Source: an uncultured Gammaproteobacteria bacterium
GTDB taxonomy: Bacteria; Pseudomonadota; Gammaproteobacteria; JAURND01
NCBI GenBank assembly: GCA_963714975.1
Contig: CAVQQD010000003.1
Coordinates: 416,001-480,000, forward strand
DNA length: 64,000 nt
Direction: 5' to 3'
Shown: positions 32,264-43,858 of the stretch, one piece after another
Numbering within the stretch: the stretch's first letter is position 1
How the letters are laid out: the number at the start of each line of letters is the position of its first letter
Notes under the pieces: model-generated
What the model was told of the DNA's origin: nothing
Database searches by the model: none
Seen by the model: the letters and a program-made list of their open reading frames with translations, nothing else
Position numbers and translations under genes: made by a program

Positions 32264-33136
32264 TCACAACCGATCTACCAACAAGGCTACAAAAAGTAAT
32301 AGCAAATAAATAATTGAGTAGCGAAAAGTTTGCATCGCTACCTTAGTGTCATGAGAATATTTTAAGCGCACAGCCCAGTATAAAAAGCCTGCATCCAAGA
32401 GCAATACGCTAATTAAGTAAATCCAGCCGCTCATGCCGACCACAAAAGGCAGTAAGGAGACAGCAGTAAGCAGGCAAGTATAAAGTAAAATGCTCAACTT
32501 GGTAAAGTCGATGCCATGGGTGACAGGTAGCATGGGGATGTTTGCCTGGGCATATTCTTTCGCGCGATGCACAGCAAGTGCCCAAAAGTGTGGTGGGGTC
32601 CAGGTGTAAATAATTAACACCAGCAGCCAGCCGCCATAGCCTAGGTGATTACTCACTGCAGCCCAGCCGAGCAGTGGAGGCATTGCTCCTGCCACACCGC
32701 CGATGACGATATTTTGTGGGGTGATACGTTTTAAAAACATGGTGTAAATAAAGGCGTAACTGAAAAAACTTAGCAAGGTCAGTAAAGCAGTTAAGGGATT
32801 GACCCAGAGCACTAAAATTCCCAGCCCGGTTACTGAGAGGAGGCTAGCAAACCAAATGGCTTTGGGCACTGAAACTTTACCTGTTGGGATGGGTCGTGAT
32901 TCCGTGCGATGCATTAAGGCATCAATATGTCGGTCAACTAGATGATTCACCACAGCGCCGGCTGCAGCAGTGAGGCCAATTCCTAACAGCCCGCAGATGA
33001 GTATTTGCCAAGTCAGCACCCCCGGGGCAAGTAACATCCCGACCAAAGCAGTGACAAGCATCAAGGCGACTACGCGCGGCTTGCACAGCTCATAGTATCC
33101 ACGCCAGATGGTCGATTGTAAGTAGACAGTTAGCAT
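32264..33136 (-). CDS. ctaB: Protoheme IX farnesyltransferase
   Basis: ELCKPRV, DRHIDALMHRT..RPIP, LKRITPQNIVIGG, WTPPHFWAL. Confidence 0.93.
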   Translation of the reverse strand: MLTVYLQSTIWRGYYELCKPRVVALMLVTALVGMLLAPGVLTWQILICGLLGIGLTAAAGAVVNHLVDRHIDALMHRTESRPIPTGKVSVPKAIWFASLLSVTGLGILVLWVNPLTALLTLLSFFSYAFIYTMFLKRITPQNIVIGGVAGAMPPLLGWAAVSNHLGYGGWLLVLIIYTWTPPHFWALAVHRAKEYAQANIPMLPVTHGIDFTKLSILLYTCLLTAVSLLPFVVGMSGWIYLISVLLLDAGFLYWAVRLKYSHDTKVAMQTFRYSIIYLLLLFVALLVDRL

Positions 33137-33163
33137 AAATTAGTCCGATAGTAATCCCCCCCG

Positions 33164-33316
33164 AATCCCCTCTCTCGCTTGCGGGAGAAGGTGCCCCTTC
33201 GACAGGCTCAGGGCAGGCTGGCGGGTGAGGGTGTCTCTCCGTCATTCCGAGGAGCTTGCGACGAGGGATTTCCATGCCAATGGCAGGAGATCCCTCACTT
33301 CGCTCGGGATGACGAA
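33164..33316. repeat. Composite repeat (A+C+B), overlapping the ctaA stop
   Basis: Same modules as 514-728, with the B module in the opposite orientation. Confidence 0.85.
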
Positions 33317-34344
33317 GAGCCCAGTCTATAGATTAAAGTCACAATACTCAGCAATAAAATAGCCGCCATGCCATTGTGAGCTACGGCTACCGGCATTGGC
33401 AAGAGCCAGGCCACATTCGCGATACCCAGTGAAAATTGGCAAATCACAACCAGCAGCACAATAGCCGCAGTCCCGTGCAGCGGCAGCGCTTTTTTCGAAA
33501 ATAGCATACTCAAGGCCAAGATTCCCACCACCAGCAGAGTAATCAATGCCCCATAGCGATGCAGCATTTGAATACCAATGCGTGCTGGGGTACCCAATAC
33601 CCCACCCTCATAATTAATGCCAATAGGTTGGATAAAACTAAACCCCTGGGTTAAATGCAAAGGCGGAAATAATTGCCCATGGCAATCTGGAAAGCTGGTA
33701 CAAACTAAAGCAGCATAATTAGTACTGGTCCAAGCTCCTAAAAACAATTGCCCAATAACTACCAATAACGCCAGCACTGCCCAGGGTTTAAAGCAGTGGG
33801 CAGCGGGTATAGGCTGGGGTTGCTTGGGATTCGTGGCAAGGCTGACAAACCAGAGTAGGGCAGTGATGGCCATGCCACCCAGCAGATGGGCACTGACCAC
33901 ACCAGGTTGCACTAACCAAGTGACAGTCCACATGCCAAGAATAGCCTGAAAGATAACGAGCAGAAGAAGCAAAATTAAGGATTTTATTGGCGCTTGACCA
34001 CGGGACCCACGCCCAATTCCCCAAACGGTAAGCACCACAATCAGCAACCCTAAACTACCAGCAAAATAGCGATGCACCATCTCCTTCCAGGCCTTAGCAG
34101 GTTCCACCAGTTGTTGAAATGTATGTTGGGCTTTAGCAATTGCGCTGGGTGTTTCGGGGACTGTTAAGTGCCCATAACAGCCAGGCCAGTCAGGGCAGCC
34201 TAAACCAGCATCGCCTAAGCGAGTATATGCGCCTAGCATCACGACCAAAAGCGCCAGAAGGGTGGTCAAGCGTGCTAACCAAAAATATCCGCGTTTTCCC
34301 CGGATGGGAGAAGGTGCCGGAGGTGGAAGAGGGGTAGTAATCAT
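33295..34344 (-). CDS. ctaA: Heme A synthase (COX15/CtaA)
   Basis: GAYTRLGDAGLGCPDWPGC, EMVHRY, HLLGG, QMLHR, AHN. Confidence 0.92.
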   Translation of the reverse strand: MITTPLPPPAPSPIRGKRGYFWLARLTTLLALLVVMLGAYTRLGDAGLGCPDWPGCYGHLTVPETPSAIAKAQHTFQQLVEPAKAWKEMVHRYFAGSLGLLIVVLTVWGIGRGSRGQAPIKSLILLLLLVIFQAILGMWTVTWLVQPGVVSAHLLGGMAITALLWFVSLATNPKQPQPIPAAHCFKPWAVLALLVVIGQLFLGAWTSTNYAALVCTSFPDCHGQLFPPLHLTQGFSFIQPIGINYEGGVLGTPARIGIQMLHRYGALITLLVVGILALSMLFSKKALPLHGTAAIVLLVVICQFSLGIANVAWLLPMPVAVAHNGMAAILLLSIVTLIYRLGSSSSRAK

Positions 34345-34349
34345 GCAAC

Positions 34350-34931
34350 CTATCCAATATTAGAAAGTTTTAGCAGTCGAGTAATATCTTTAAAAATTCC
34401 CATCGGGTTGGTGTCCAGTGGATAGTACATCAAGACATTGCCATGTGGGTCAATGAGATAAATCAAACCTTGCTGGGCAGCAAGTTGTGCCGCTCCTGTT
34501 TCACCGAGAAATTGCCTCAGTCGTTGCGAAGTAGTGCTGAAATGCAGGGTCCCGGAGTAGACTTTATTAAGTAATTCACCTAGAGCAGGATCGGCATGCT
34601 CCGAGAGCGTGAGTACTGCACGTTGCAGACGAGCACTGTACTTACCTGTAGCCGTACGAATTTGCCGTAAGTAGTAAATTTTTTGCTCACAGTTGGCGTC
34701 GCAGCTGGTTTTGGGGTTGATATACAACAGCAACCAGCGCCCTTTCCAAGCCGTTGCTTCTACCAGTTGGGTAAAGTCTAAAGGAGGATCAATGAGTCGA
34801 CCATGATGGGTGGTCGCAAAAGATTTGAAAGAGTGGTGGTTGACCATCCAACTGGCTATGCCTAAAGGCAGGCCAAATAGCAGTAGCAGGCTAAGGATGA
34901 TTACTAAGGTTTTATTTTTCGAGTTGCTCAC
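34350..34931 (-). CDS. Cytochrome oxidase assembly-associated membrane protein (SCO/thioredoxin-like)
   Basis: N-terminal TM, CDANC, YLIDPHGNVLMYY..DITRLLKLS; position between SURF1 and ctaA. Confidence 0.75.
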   Translation of the reverse strand: MSNSKNKTLVIILSLLLLFGLPLGIASWMVNHHSFKSFATTHHGRLIDPPLDFTQLVEATAWKGRWLLLYINPKTSCDANCEQKIYYLRQIRTATGKYSARLQRAVLTLSEHADPALGELLNKVYSGTLHFSTTSQRLRQFLGETGAAQLAAQQGLIYLIDPHGNVLMYYPLDTNPMGIFKDITRLLKLSNIG

Positions 34932-35616
34932 GGCGTTTCAAGTTCAGGCTTATATAAATAATAATGATTATCGCAGCAAAAGAAAACCATTGTACCGCAT
35001 AACTCACGTGTTTGGAGGGCGGCATGTTGATGGGTTTCCATTCACGGACAAATCCGTCCGCTGCAGTGGGAGATAATAACACTAGCTGTGGGAAAAGCGG
35101 TACTTTTAAACGTTGTTGAATTGTAGAAATATCCAAGGCTTGCAGTCGCAGGGGCCATTGGTTGCTGGCATCAGCTATGCTACCCAGGGTAAAAGGTTTA
35201 CCAGGGGATTGATAAATATAGCCCACCAAGGTGTGACTGCTAGCTTCGGGGATTGGTGGCAAAATTTTTCGCTCAGGGGGGGCGGGAATCCAGCCGCGGT
35301 TTACCAGGATGCGTTGTTGTGTGCCTTGTTGGATAAAGGGAGTTAACACTTCGTAACCCATTTGGTGGTGGTGGATTTTATTGTCGAGCAAAAAATTGTG
35401 TTGGTTGTCATAATGTCCGATTACGCTGACTGGCTGGTACATCGCAGCACTATCCTGAGGAAGTTGTTCAATGGGAATGGCTGGTGCTTGCAACCGCGTG
35501 ACAAACTGTTGTTGTAAAATTTGCTTTTCGTGGGCGCGCGAAAGTTGCCAAAATCCTAAAGAGGTAAACAAGCTGGCTAGAGCCAAAGTGCCTAGAAAAT
35601 ATATGAGTTTTATGAT
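34912..35616 (-). CDS. SURF1-family protein (start uncertain)
   Basis: LGFWQLSRA, GYEVLTP, LVNRGW, HVSYAVQWF; frame open upstream of TTG35586. Confidence 0.88.
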   Translation of the reverse strand: MIKLIYFLGTLALASLFTSLGFWQLSRAHEKQILQQQFVTRLQAPAIPIEQLPQDSAAMYQPVSVIGHYDNQHNFLLDNKIHHHQMGYEVLTPFIQQGTQQRILVNRGWIPAPPERKILPPIPEASSHTLVGYIYQSPGKPFTLGSIADASNQWPLRLQALDISTIQQRLKVPLFPQLVLLSPTAADGFVREWKPINMPPSKHVSYAVQWFSFAAIIIIIYISLNLKRREQLEK

Positions 35617-35628
35617 ATTTACCCCCTC

Positions 35629-35690
35629 CCGAACCCGCCGCCTACGGGATGCCGCCGGGCAACACGCCGTGCTTGTAGCTCTTTAGGAGG
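35629..35690. repeat. Degenerate family-D-like repeat upstream of SURF1
   Basis: CCCGCCGCCTACGGGATGCCGCCGGGCAACACGCCGTGC resembles the reverse complement of the 25855-25968/60016-60095 cores. Confidence 0.45.
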
Positions 35691-35863
35691 CCAGCCTTGA
35701 GGATTGTTCGCTCCATATTACAGCCTCAACGCTTTTAGCACTTGTTGACGCAATTCATATAATACAGGTTTGTGGAGCAAGCCGCTTAATTTTAATTCTC
35801 GTGCTAAGGAATTTTCGTTGCTATGATGCGAACTATTAATTAAAACTCTCATAAGGTTAGCCC

Positions 35864-36322
35864 ATGCTTAAAAATATTCAGCTCAAAATTATTGACCCGC
35901 GAGTAGGGATGGAATTCCCCTTGCCTACTTATGCCACTCCCGGCTCGGCGGGATTAGACTTACATGCCTGCTTAGATCATCCAGTCCCGGTTGCCCCTTC
36001 TGAAACCATCCTGGTTCCTACTGGTTTGGCAATCCATATAGCTGACCCTCACATGGCCGCAATGATTCTGCCACGTTCTGGTTTGGGTCATAAACATGGT
36101 TTAGTATTAGGAAATTTAGTGGGCTTGATTGATTCTGATTACCAAGGTCCTCTCCAAGTTTCCTGCTGGAATCGAGGTAGCAAAACCTATACAGTACAAC
36201 CAGGTGAGCGAATTGCTCAATTAGTAGTATTCCCTATTCTACGGGCTAAATTTGAAGTGGTGGATGAATTTGCAGAAACAGAGCGTGGCGCTGGAGGATT
36301 TGGTTCCTCCGGACAATTCTAG
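35864..36322 (+). CDS. dut: dUTP diphosphatase
   Basis: [32 protein letters not shown]. Confidence 0.96.
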   Translation: MLKNIQLKIIDPRVGMEFPLPTYATPGSAGLDLHACLDHPVPVAPSETILVPTGLAIHIADPHMAAMILPRSGLGHKHGLVLGNLVGLIDSDYQGPLQVSCWNRGSKTYTVQPGERIAQLVVFPILRAKFEVVDEFAETERGAGGFGSSGQF

Positions 36323-36334
36323 GTCTAAATTATC

Positions 36335-36538
36335 ATGTTAATAAAAATTGCTATCTTAAGCTTGATTTTAGGAATTTTAATTGCGCTGGGAAGTGCTTTA
36401 TATTTTATGCTCAGCAGGAAAAGCTCTCCTCAATTGATGGCCAAGGCTTTGAGTTGGCGCATTGGTTTATCGATCATTATGTTTTTATTACTGCTTTTGG
36501 CATTCGTTTCTGGCTGGATTCATCCGCATCCCCTTTAG
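36335..36538 (+). CDS. Twin-TM small protein (DUF2909-like)
   Basis: LGSALYFML...KALSWRIGLS...GWIHPH. Confidence 0.8.
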   Translation: MLIKIAILSLILGILIALGSALYFMLSRKSSPQLMAKALSWRIGLSIIMFLLLLLAFVSGWIHPHPL

Positions 36539-36599
36539 CCTCCTCTCAATACGCTACGGTATTGCTCAAAATTAATTTCAAGCTAAGCTTTGCTGCATT

Positions 36600-37274
36600 A
36601 TGGCAATTACAGATTGGCCGCTCGGGGAGCGTCCGCGTGAAAAATTATTGAAATTTGGTGCTGCAGCTTTGTCTGATGCTGAGCTGTTAGCTATTTTTTT
36701 ACGCACCGGCATCCGCGGGAAAACAGCAGTAGATCTGGCTCGGAATTTGCTCATAGAATTTAAAGGATTGCGAAACATATTAACGGCGAGTTATAAAGAA
36801 TTTTGCGATCAACCAGGCCTGGGTTTAGTTAAATTTGCGCAACTACAAGCCATTATGGAAATCAGTCGGCGCTGCCTACATGAAGTATTAAAACAATCGG
36901 ATGTCATTGCAAATTCAGAGCACACGAAGCTCTATCTTACTTCACGGTTACGTCATTACCAACGAGAGGTTTTTGCCTGCTTATTTTTGGATACTCGCCA
37001 TCATATAGTGGAATATGAAGAACTGTTTTTTGGCACGATTGATTATGCCCATGTTTATCCGCGTGAAGTTGTAAAACGTGCCTTAGCGCACAATGCAGCA
37101 GCAGTTATTTTGGCGCATAACCATCCCTCAGGGATAGTCGATCCCAGCACGGCTGATCGAGAAATTACGCAGCGTTTAGTACAAGCCCTGGATTTAGTGG
37201 ATATCCGAGTATTGGATCATATCATTGTTGGCAAGGGTAAAGTGGCTTCGTTTGCTGAGTTGGGATATTTATAA
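36600..37274 (+). CDS. radC: RadC (JAB domain) protein
   Basis: [34 protein letters not shown]. Confidence 0.95.
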   Translation: MAITDWPLGERPREKLLKFGAAALSDAELLAIFLRTGIRGKTAVDLARNLLIEFKGLRNILTASYKEFCDQPGLGLVKFAQLQAIMEISRRCLHEVLKQSDVIANSEHTKLYLTSRLRHYQREVFACLFLDTRHHIVEYEELFFGTIDYAHVYPREVVKRALAHNAAAVILAHNHPSGIVDPSTADREITQRLVQALDLVDIRVLDHIIVGKGKVASFAELGYL

Positions 37275-37303
37275 TGATTGTGATTACATGACCTGCTACA
37301 ATT

Positions 37304-37582
37304 ATGATAAAAAGCTGGCAGCATAAAGGGCTAAAATTATTTTATGAAACTGGTAATACCAGTAAAATTCAGCCAAAGCATGCAAGCAAGTTGCACGATG
37401 TCTTGCAGATACTCGATTCGGTAACGAAACCAGAACAAATGCGTTTGCCAGGGCTTGATTTTCATAAACTTACTGGAGATTTAAAAGGTTTCTATTCAAT
37501 AAAAATAAATGGCAATTGGCGTATTATTTTTAGGTTTGATGGAGCAGATGTTATTTTGGTTGATTATACTGATTATCATTGA
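37304..37582 (+). CDS. higB: HigB-type toxin (RelE/ParE superfamily)
   Basis: MIKSWQHKGL..., FHKLTG, YSIKINGNWRIIFRF, DYH. Confidence 0.9.
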   Translation: MIKSWQHKGLKLFYETGNTSKIQPKHASKLHDVLQILDSVTKPEQMRLPGLDFHKLTGDLKGFYSIKINGNWRIIFRFDGADVILVDYTDYH

Positions 37583-37597
37583 GGTGAAATAGAAATT

Positions 37598-37939
37598 ATG
37601 ATTCATAATCCAAAACATCCAGGCCAATTGGTAAAAAGTATGTGTCTTGAGCCTTGTGACTTATCGGTGACTGAAGCGGCGCAGGCATTAATGATTTCCC
37701 GCCAGACCTTATCTAAATTAATCAATGGGCATATATCAATAAGCTTAGACATGGCAATTCGATTAGCTAGAGTATTTAAGACTTCTGAAGAATTGTGGGT
37801 AAATTTACAAGCTGCTTATGATCTTTGGCAAGCTAATAAATTTCGTTCTAAGCCTCATCTTAAACCGCCTAAGCGCACTCTAACTGCTCGCTCTAAGTCT
37901 GTACGGCGACGTCTCGTGCGCAATTCAGCGAATGCATAA
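37598..37939 (+). CDS. higA: HigA antitoxin (HTH)
   Basis: HPG, SVTEAAQAL.ISRQTLSKLING, MAIRL, WVNLQAAYD. Confidence 0.9.
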   Translation: MIHNPKHPGQLVKSMCLEPCDLSVTEAAQALMISRQTLSKLINGHISISLDMAIRLARVFKTSEELWVNLQAAYDLWQANKFRSKPHLKPPKRTLTARSKSVRRRLVRNSANA

Positions 37940-37942
37940 GTC

Positions 37943-38512
37943 TCACACCAATAACTCGGTAGCGATGCGCAGTAAACTATCTGATAGCAACAAGGTGAGA
38001 ATCTGCAAAACAATAATTACTATCACAGGAGAAAGATCAAATCCTGCTATGGGGGGAATTAAACGGCGTAGTGGTTTTACGAGAGGGTCGGTTAATTGAA
38101 TTAGGGCAAAGTAGGCAGGATGGTGATGGGCTTTAGGAACGAAACTTAAAACAACACGAATAATAATGGCGTAAAAATAAAACATGAGAAATTTATGAAT
38201 CAGGCTGCTGCAAGTAAATAATACCAGGCCTATGATTCGTGGGAAGGTATGTAATTCAAATAAAATCAGCACGATCAATTTCAGTGCTTCAAGTACCACA
38301 AGTAAGAACAGTACAGCTAAGTCAATCCCTTTGATATCGGGGAGAATTTTTTGTAGAGGCCTAATGATGGGTTGGGTAAATTTAATGGCAAATTGCGATA
38401 GTGGATTGTAATAATCCGCATGAATTGCTTGTAACAAAAATCTGAGCATCACCACATAGATATACAGATCAAATAATGTTTGAATTAAAAACACACCTGT
38501 GTGAAAAAACAT
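37943..38512 (-). CDS. yggT: YggT family membrane protein
   Basis: ADYYNPLSQF, LTDPLVKPLRRLIPP..GFDLSP; follows proC. Confidence 0.9.
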   Translation of the reverse strand: MFFHTGVFLIQTLFDLYIYVVMLRFLLQAIHADYYNPLSQFAIKFTQPIIRPLQKILPDIKGIDLAVLFLLVVLEALKLIVLILFELHTFPRIIGLVLFTCSSLIHKFLMFYFYAIIIRVVLSFVPKAHHHPAYFALIQLTDPLVKPLRRLIPPIAGFDLSPVIVIIVLQILTLLLSDSLLRIATELLV

Positions 38513-38517
38513 AGGAA

Positions 38518-39330
38518 TTACCTTTCTATTGCCCCTAGTTCTTCATATCGCTGCAAGGCAGCTTGTACTGCATGAAGAATGAGTGTATTAAATCCACCTT
38601 GCTCTAGAACCTTTAGTGCTTGCTCCGTGCCACCTCCAGGTGAAGTTACTTTTTTCCTCAGAGCATCTACTGATTCCTTACAGTCACTTGCCATGCGTGC
38701 GCTACCTAGGGCTGTTTGTAAAATTAATGGCTTGGCAATATGCTGCGGCAAGCCAAGCTGCATGGCTGTAGATTCTAACGCTTCTAGCAGAGAAAAAAAA
38801 TACGCAGGCCCACTGCCAGTAATGGCTGTGACCAAATTAAGTTGCGCTTCATCATCGAGCCAAATTGAAATGCCAATGGAATTAAAAATTTTTTCCGCCT
38901 GTTCTCGTTGTCCGGGGGTAACCTGCGCATTGGCATACAGGGCAGTAGCACTGGCCTGAACAGTGGCTGGGGTGTTTGGCATAGCGCGCACGATAGCCGA
39001 TTGCTGGCCAAAATGTTGCTGAAAAAATTTCACAGGTACGCCTGCTGCAACCGAAATAATCAGCGGTTGGCGCTGGCAAATGGTAGTTGTGAGTTCCGCG
39101 ACCACGGCAGGCATGATTTGTGGTTTAACCGCTAAAATAACGATATCCGCTCCTGCTGTTGCTTCTATGTTGTCTATACTACCGTGAATACCCAGGCGTT
39201 TCTCCAGCTGATGCAATTGTTCACGACTTCCAGTGGTTGCCCAGATGTGTTGACGCGAAAAGCCGGCATTGATTAACCCGTCAAGGATGGCAGAGCCTAA
39301 ATTACCCGCTCCAATTAATGTAATATTCAT
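38518..39330 (-). CDS. proC: Pyrroline-5-carboxylate reductase
   Basis: IGAGNLG, LAVKPQ, RAMPNTP, TGSGPAY, VTSPGG. Confidence 0.95.
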   Translation of the reverse strand: MNITLIGAGNLGSAILDGLINAGFSRQHIWATTGSREQLHQLEKRLGIHGSIDNIEATAGADIVILAVKPQIMPAVVAELTTTICQRQPLIISVAAGVPVKFFQQHFGQQSAIVRAMPNTPATVQASATALYANAQVTPGQREQAEKIFNSIGISIWLDDEAQLNLVTAITGSGPAYFFSLLEALESTAMQLGLPQHIAKPLILQTALGSARMASDCKESVDALRKKVTSPGGGTEQALKVLEQGGFNTLILHAVQAALQRYEELGAIER

Positions 39331-40898
39331 ACCAAGGCCACGTTTGCTATTACTTGAGGTCCTGCCGCCTGAATGTTCTCAGGCGCCGCAAATTTTTGGA
39401 AATTACTGATAAATTGTTGGATGAGAATGTTAGCTTGCTGATCGTAAGCCACGCTATTGGCCCAAGCATTTCTTGGATTTAATAACTGGTCATTGATTCC
39501 GTTAATTTGCCGTGGGATTAAGATTCGGAACCCAGGTAATTCTTCCATTGGGGTGTCCAGCAATTCACCGCTTAATGCTGCTGTAACGATAGCCCGAGTG
39601 GTTGGAATATCAAAGCGTTTACCACCAGCACCATAAGCGCCGCTAGTCCATCCGGTATTAATTAAATAGACTGGAGTTTGGGTTTCTGTAATCCGTTTCA
39701 TCAATAGATTGGCGTAAACCATAGCTGGACGCGGAAAAAATGGTGCGCCAAAGCAAGTGCTGAAAGTGGGTTTAATCTCGGCACTGCTGCCAACTTCGGT
39801 ACTACCCACGTGGGCGGTATAGCCACTTAAAAAATAATAGGCGGTTTGTTCCAGATTTAACAAAGCGATCGGTGGCAATACGCCGTATAAATCACAGGTG
39901 AGGAAAATGACTATCCGCGGAGGGCCACAGAGATTTTCAAGCACTCGAGAAGAGATATGCTCTCTGGGATAGGCGGCACGGGTATTTTCTGAAAGACTGC
40001 TGTCCTCATAACGGGGCTCTTTAGTTTTCGCATCTAGCACCACATTTTCCATCACGGCGCCTTGGCTAATGGCGTGCCAAATCATGGGTTCATGTTGTTC
40101 CGAGAGATTAATGCATTTGGCATAACAACCACCTTCGAAATTAAAAATTCCCGTCGCGCTCCAACCATGTTCATCATCACCGACGAGGGGGCGTTGCTCA
40201 TCTGCAGACAAGGTAGTTTTTCCAGTGCCAGATAAGCCAAAAAATAGTGCCGGGTCATCCTTCTTTCCCACATTGGCGGAACAGTGCATCGGTAATACAT
40301 CTTGTTCTGGGAGCAAAAAATTTAGCACCGAAAACATCGCCTTTTTAATTTCACCCGCATATTCTAGGCCGCAGAGTAAAACACGTCGTAGGCTAAAGTT
40401 AATAATGAGAGCAGCCTCGCTATGGGTTCCATCGCGCTCAGGATTAGTCAGAAAACCAGGTGCGCTCATAATCGTCCAGGTGTCGGAGCGTGTAGCATCG
40501 ACGTTTTTATCGCGGATAAATAATTGAGTCGCAAAGAGGTTATGCCAAGCAGTTTCGGTGATTACTCGCAAGGGTAAATCGTATTCAGGATCTGCTCCTA
40601 CTTTTAAACGCGAAATAAAGACCTCTTTAAAGGATAAGTATTCGTAAGCTCGAGCCCAAAGTTCATTGAATTTTTCCGGAGCAAAAGGTTGATTGATAGG
40701 ACCCCAATCGACGGTATCGGTGGTAATATCATCTTTAACAATAAAACGATCTTTGGGAGAGCGTCCGGTACGTTTGCCGGTTTGCACGCTAAGAGCAGAA
40801 TTAGAGGCTAAAACCCCTTCCTGGCGTTTAAGAGCCAGCTCAATTAGTTTCTCGGGAGTCAATTGTTCAAATTCATGGGCAAAGGTCATTTTGGACAT
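39327..40898 (-). CDS. pckA: Phosphoenolpyruvate carboxykinase (ATP)
   Basis: [46 protein letters not shown]. Confidence 0.96.
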   Translation of the reverse strand: MSKMTFAHEFEQLTPEKLIELALKRQEGVLASNSALSVQTGKRTGRSPKDRFIVKDDITTDTVDWGPINQPFAPEKFNELWARAYEYLSFKEVFISRLKVGADPEYDLPLRVITETAWHNLFATQLFIRDKNVDATRSDTWTIMSAPGFLTNPERDGTHSEAALIINFSLRRVLLCGLEYAGEIKKAMFSVLNFLLPEQDVLPMHCSANVGKKDDPALFFGLSGTGKTTLSADEQRPLVGDDEHGWSATGIFNFEGGCYAKCINLSEQHEPMIWHAISQGAVMENVVLDAKTKEPRYEDSSLSENTRAAYPREHISSRVLENLCGPPRIVIFLTCDLYGVLPPIALLNLEQTAYYFLSGYTAHVGSTEVGSSAEIKPTFSTCFGAPFFPRPAMVYANLLMKRITETQTPVYLINTGWTSGAYGAGGKRFDIPTTRAIVTAALSGELLDTPMEELPGFRILIPRQINGINDQLLNPRNAWANSVAYDQQANILIQQFISNFQKFAAPENIQAAGPQVIANVALV

Positions 40899-40999
40899 TG
40901 GATTATCCTTGGCAGAGTGGATCGGGCTGAAGTTGCGAAAATGCCTATTATATACTGAAGAGATGACAGAAGGTATGGTAAGATGCCATTTTATTTTAG

Positions 41000-41605
41000 A
41001 TGAGCGAATTTGACCCTATGCCTACTTATGATTCTTTGCAGCATGTATTTCTTATCGCAATGCCTCAAATGTCAGATCCCATATTTGCTCAATCAGTGAT
41101 TTATTTGTGGGAGTGTACTGAATACGGCGCGAGGGGCGCTATTATTAATAAAAAAATTGCCAATACTTGTTTGGGAGACCTATTTAAACAACTTAAGCTA
41201 CAGACCATTGACCCTACTGCCTCAAATTTACCGGTATATCATGGTGGCCCAGTTTCTGCAGATCAAGGTTTTATCATTCGGCGTCAGCACCAAGTTGAAG
41301 ATTTCACTGGAAAACCCCTGGTTGAAATTACTGTTTCTTCTTCGAGGAATGATTTAGTAGAGTTAGCCAATGGTCAAGGGGTAGAAGATGCTTTGGTGAT
41401 AGTGGGTTGTACTCATTGGGATGGAGGGCAGCTTGATGATGAAATAGCTAAAAATCATTGGCTAATTGTTCCTTTTAGCGAGCATACTTTGTTTTCTGAG
41501 GATCGCAGTAGTCTTGAAACCGATAGATCAGCTGAAAATTGGCTAAAAGCTGCGGCAAGGGCAGGCATTGATTTGAGTCGAGTCTCAGCGGGGGGGAATG
41601 CTTAG
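41000..41605 (+). CDS. yqgE: YqgE/AlgH family protein
   Basis: [28 protein letters not shown]. Confidence 0.88.
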   Translation: MSEFDPMPTYDSLQHVFLIAMPQMSDPIFAQSVIYLWECTEYGARGAIINKKIANTCLGDLFKQLKLQTIDPTASNLPVYHGGPVSADQGFIIRRQHQVEDFTGKPLVEITVSSSRNDLVELANGQGVEDALVIVGCTHWDGGQLDDEIAKNHWLIVPFSEHTLFSEDRSSLETDRSAENWLKAAARAGIDLSRVSAGGNA

Positions 41606-42054
41606 TGAATGAGAGTGTTAGTGCAGCGACGGTATTAGGTTTTGATTTTGGTTTAAGATACATTGGAGTGGCGGTAGGGCAAACTGTGACCGGTACAGCG
41701 AATCCCCTTGAGACCCTTAAAGCTCGCCAAGGCGAGCCTATATGGGATAGGATTGCTGGTTTAATTGATCATTGGCGCCCTAGTGTCTTAATGGTAGGTG
41801 TGCCTTTGACTGCCAGTGGGGCAGAACAACCTATTACCCAAGCCGCACGACGGTTTGCTGAGAACTTGGGGGTTCATTTTGCTCTACCGGTGTTGATGAT
41901 TGACGAGCGTTATACTACTTTAGAAGCCAAGCAAGATTTGTTTGAGCGCGGTGGATTTCGGGCGCTTAAAAAATCCAGGATCGATGCCTGGTCGGCAAAA
42001 ATTATTACTGAAAATGGGTTGCGGCAATGGACCAAAGACATTTTCTTTCAGTGA
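41605..42054 (+). CDS. ruvX: YqgF/RuvX nuclease
   Basis: [29 protein letters not shown]. Confidence 0.92.
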   Translation: MNESVSAATVLGFDFGLRYIGVAVGQTVTGTANPLETLKARQGEPIWDRIAGLIDHWRPSVLMVGVPLTASGAEQPITQAARRFAENLGVHFALPVLMIDERYTTLEAKQDLFERGGFRALKKSRIDAWSAKIITENGLRQWTKDIFFQ

Positions 42055-42965
42055 AAGAAGTCACCAAGGAACAAATCCAAGCGCTATTTGCAACGGCACA
42101 ACAGTGGCTTACCCCCATTCCTCCCCCTGCCTTGCTTAAGCATAAAACGGTGGCTAATCTATTTTTAGAAAATAGTACCCGTACCCGCTGTTCCTTTGAG
42201 CTCGCCGCAAAAAGACTGGGTGCAGATGTGTTGAATTTTAATTTTGGGGCTTCTTCTCAGGCCAAAGGCGAGACTTTGTTAGACACGGTGGCAAATTTAC
42301 AGGCCTTGGGGGTCGATTTGTTTGTGGTGCGTCATGCCGTAGAAGGTATGCCAGCGCGCATTGCGCAGCATCTAGGTGCGCAGGCGAGTGTCATTAATGC
42401 GGGGGATGGTTGTCATGAACATCCTACCCAAGCCATGTTAGATGCCTTTACTATTCAACACTATAAAGGAAAATTTAAGGGTCTGCGCGTGGCAATTATT
42501 GGCGACGTCAAGCATTCGCGGGTGGCGAATTCTGTGATTGCGGCTTTGTTGACCCTGGAAGTGAATGAAATTCATTTAATTGGTCCAGCGGCTTTATTGC
42601 CACAGGTGCTTGAGCCAGAGATTAAAGTTTATGAAGATTTAACCGCTGGGATTGCTGACGCTGATATAGTGATGGTGCTGCGGTTGCAACGGGAGCGGAT
42701 GCAAGAAGGGCATGTGCCTAATCAAGAAGTTTATTTCCGTGATTATGGACTGACGGCAGAAAAATTACGCTATGCCAAGCCGGATGCCATTGTCATGCAC
42801 CCAGGACCGATCAATCGTGGGGTGGAAATCGCCTCAGAGGTAGCTGATGGCCCGCAGTCAGTTATTTTGTCGCAAGTGAGATTTGGGGTGGTAGTGCGGA
42901 TGGCGATTATGAGTCACCTCCTAATCCCCTCTGCCCAACCGTTTTTGTTGGTGGGAGAGGGTTAG
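42027..42965 (+). CDS. pyrB: Aspartate carbamoyltransferase catalytic subunit
   Basis: [37 protein letters not shown]. Confidence 0.95.
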   Translation: MDQRHFLSVKEVTKEQIQALFATAQQWLTPIPPPALLKHKTVANLFLENSTRTRCSFELAAKRLGADVLNFNFGASSQAKGETLLDTVANLQALGVDLFVVRHAVEGMPARIAQHLGAQASVINAGDGCHEHPTQAMLDAFTIQHYKGKFKGLRVAIIGDVKHSRVANSVIAALLTLEVNEIHLIGPAALLPQVLEPEIKVYEDLTAGIADADIVMVLRLQRERMQEGHVPNQEVYFRDYGLTAEKLRYAKPDAIVMHPGPINRGVEIASEVADGPQSVILSQVRFGVVVRMAIMSHLLIPSAQPFLLVGEG

Positions 42966-42975
42966 GGAGAGGGGG
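42926..42975. repeat. Family-A variant spanning the convergent pyrB/dedA stops
   Basis: Near-identical to 7844-7892. Confidence 0.85.
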
Positions 42976-43597
42976 TCTTACTTTTCCTCCCCTTCGACCG
43001 CCACGCCCTTAACCAAAAAATAAAACTGATCAACGCAGCAATTCCTAAGGTAGCGAGTAGTAATTCATACCAATGGGATTCGAGGGTGTTGTAAATGTGG
43101 TGCCATTTATTTCCTACGAAATAGCCAATGGACAGAAAAGTAGTGACCCAGATTGCCGCGCCGGTGTAGGAGAATAGGGCAAAGTGTCGATATTCCATTA
43201 AAGTAACTCCAGCCGCATAGCCGGTTAAATGCCTTACCCCAGGGATAAAGTAGCCGACCAGTAAAGTCCAGCGGCCAATCCGTTCAAACCAGTCATGCAC
43301 CCGCTGCATCCGTACTGCGGTAATGCCAATCCAGGGGCCAAATTTTTTAATGAGATAGGCGCCCGCCGTCTTGCCGATGAGATAACTAATCGTAATCCCA
43401 CAACACGCCCCCGCAAATGCGGCAATTGCCGTTGGAATTAGCTCTAGCTGGCCTTTGGATAACAAAACTCCTGACACGACCATTAATGTCTCATCAGGAA
43501 TGGGTAAGGCAAAGATGCCCAACATTAACAAAATAAACAGAGCAAAACTGCCGTACTGAGTGATCCAATTGGTTAATTCAGGTAAAAAACTTTCCAT
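42962..43597 (-). CDS. DedA family membrane protein
   Basis: [21 protein letters not shown]...F. Confidence 0.9.
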   Translation of the reverse strand: MESFLPELTNWITQYGSFALFILLMLGIFALPIPDETLMVVSGVLLSKGQLELIPTAIAAFAGACCGITISYLIGKTAGAYLIKKFGPWIGITAVRMQRVHDWFERIGRWTLLVGYFIPGVRHLTGYAAGVTLMEYRHFALFSYTGAAIWVTTFLSIGYFVGNKWHHIYNTLESHWYELLLATLGIAALISFIFWLRAWRSKGRKSKTPSP

Positions 43598-43689
43598 CCG
43601 CGCATAGTAGCAGAAATCCCCAGCGCAAGCGAGAGAGGGGATTTAAGTCCAGCAATTGTAAGTCACCACTTGTGTTAAAGTAGTTCCTA

Positions 43690-43853
43690 AGAGAGAAAAG
43701 GCTCCCTCGCAAGAAGGAGCCTGCGGGCGTGAGCGACCGGTCAGCAATAGGTTATACAGCCGTGGGAATCAAGGTACTCTAGCCCTAACTCTCAATACGT
43801 TTGAATAGTTCATTTGGGACTAAAGCTCCCGCTTACAATCGTAAATATCGAGG
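43690..43853 (+). ncRNA. Bridge RNA of IS110 element 1
   Basis: Target guides CAGCAAT (43742-43748) and GGGAAT (43764-43769); donor guides ATAGTTCAT (43805-43813) and CTTACAAT (43832-43839); each pair flanks a small hairpin. Confidence 0.8.
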
Positions 43854-43858
43854 TTACC

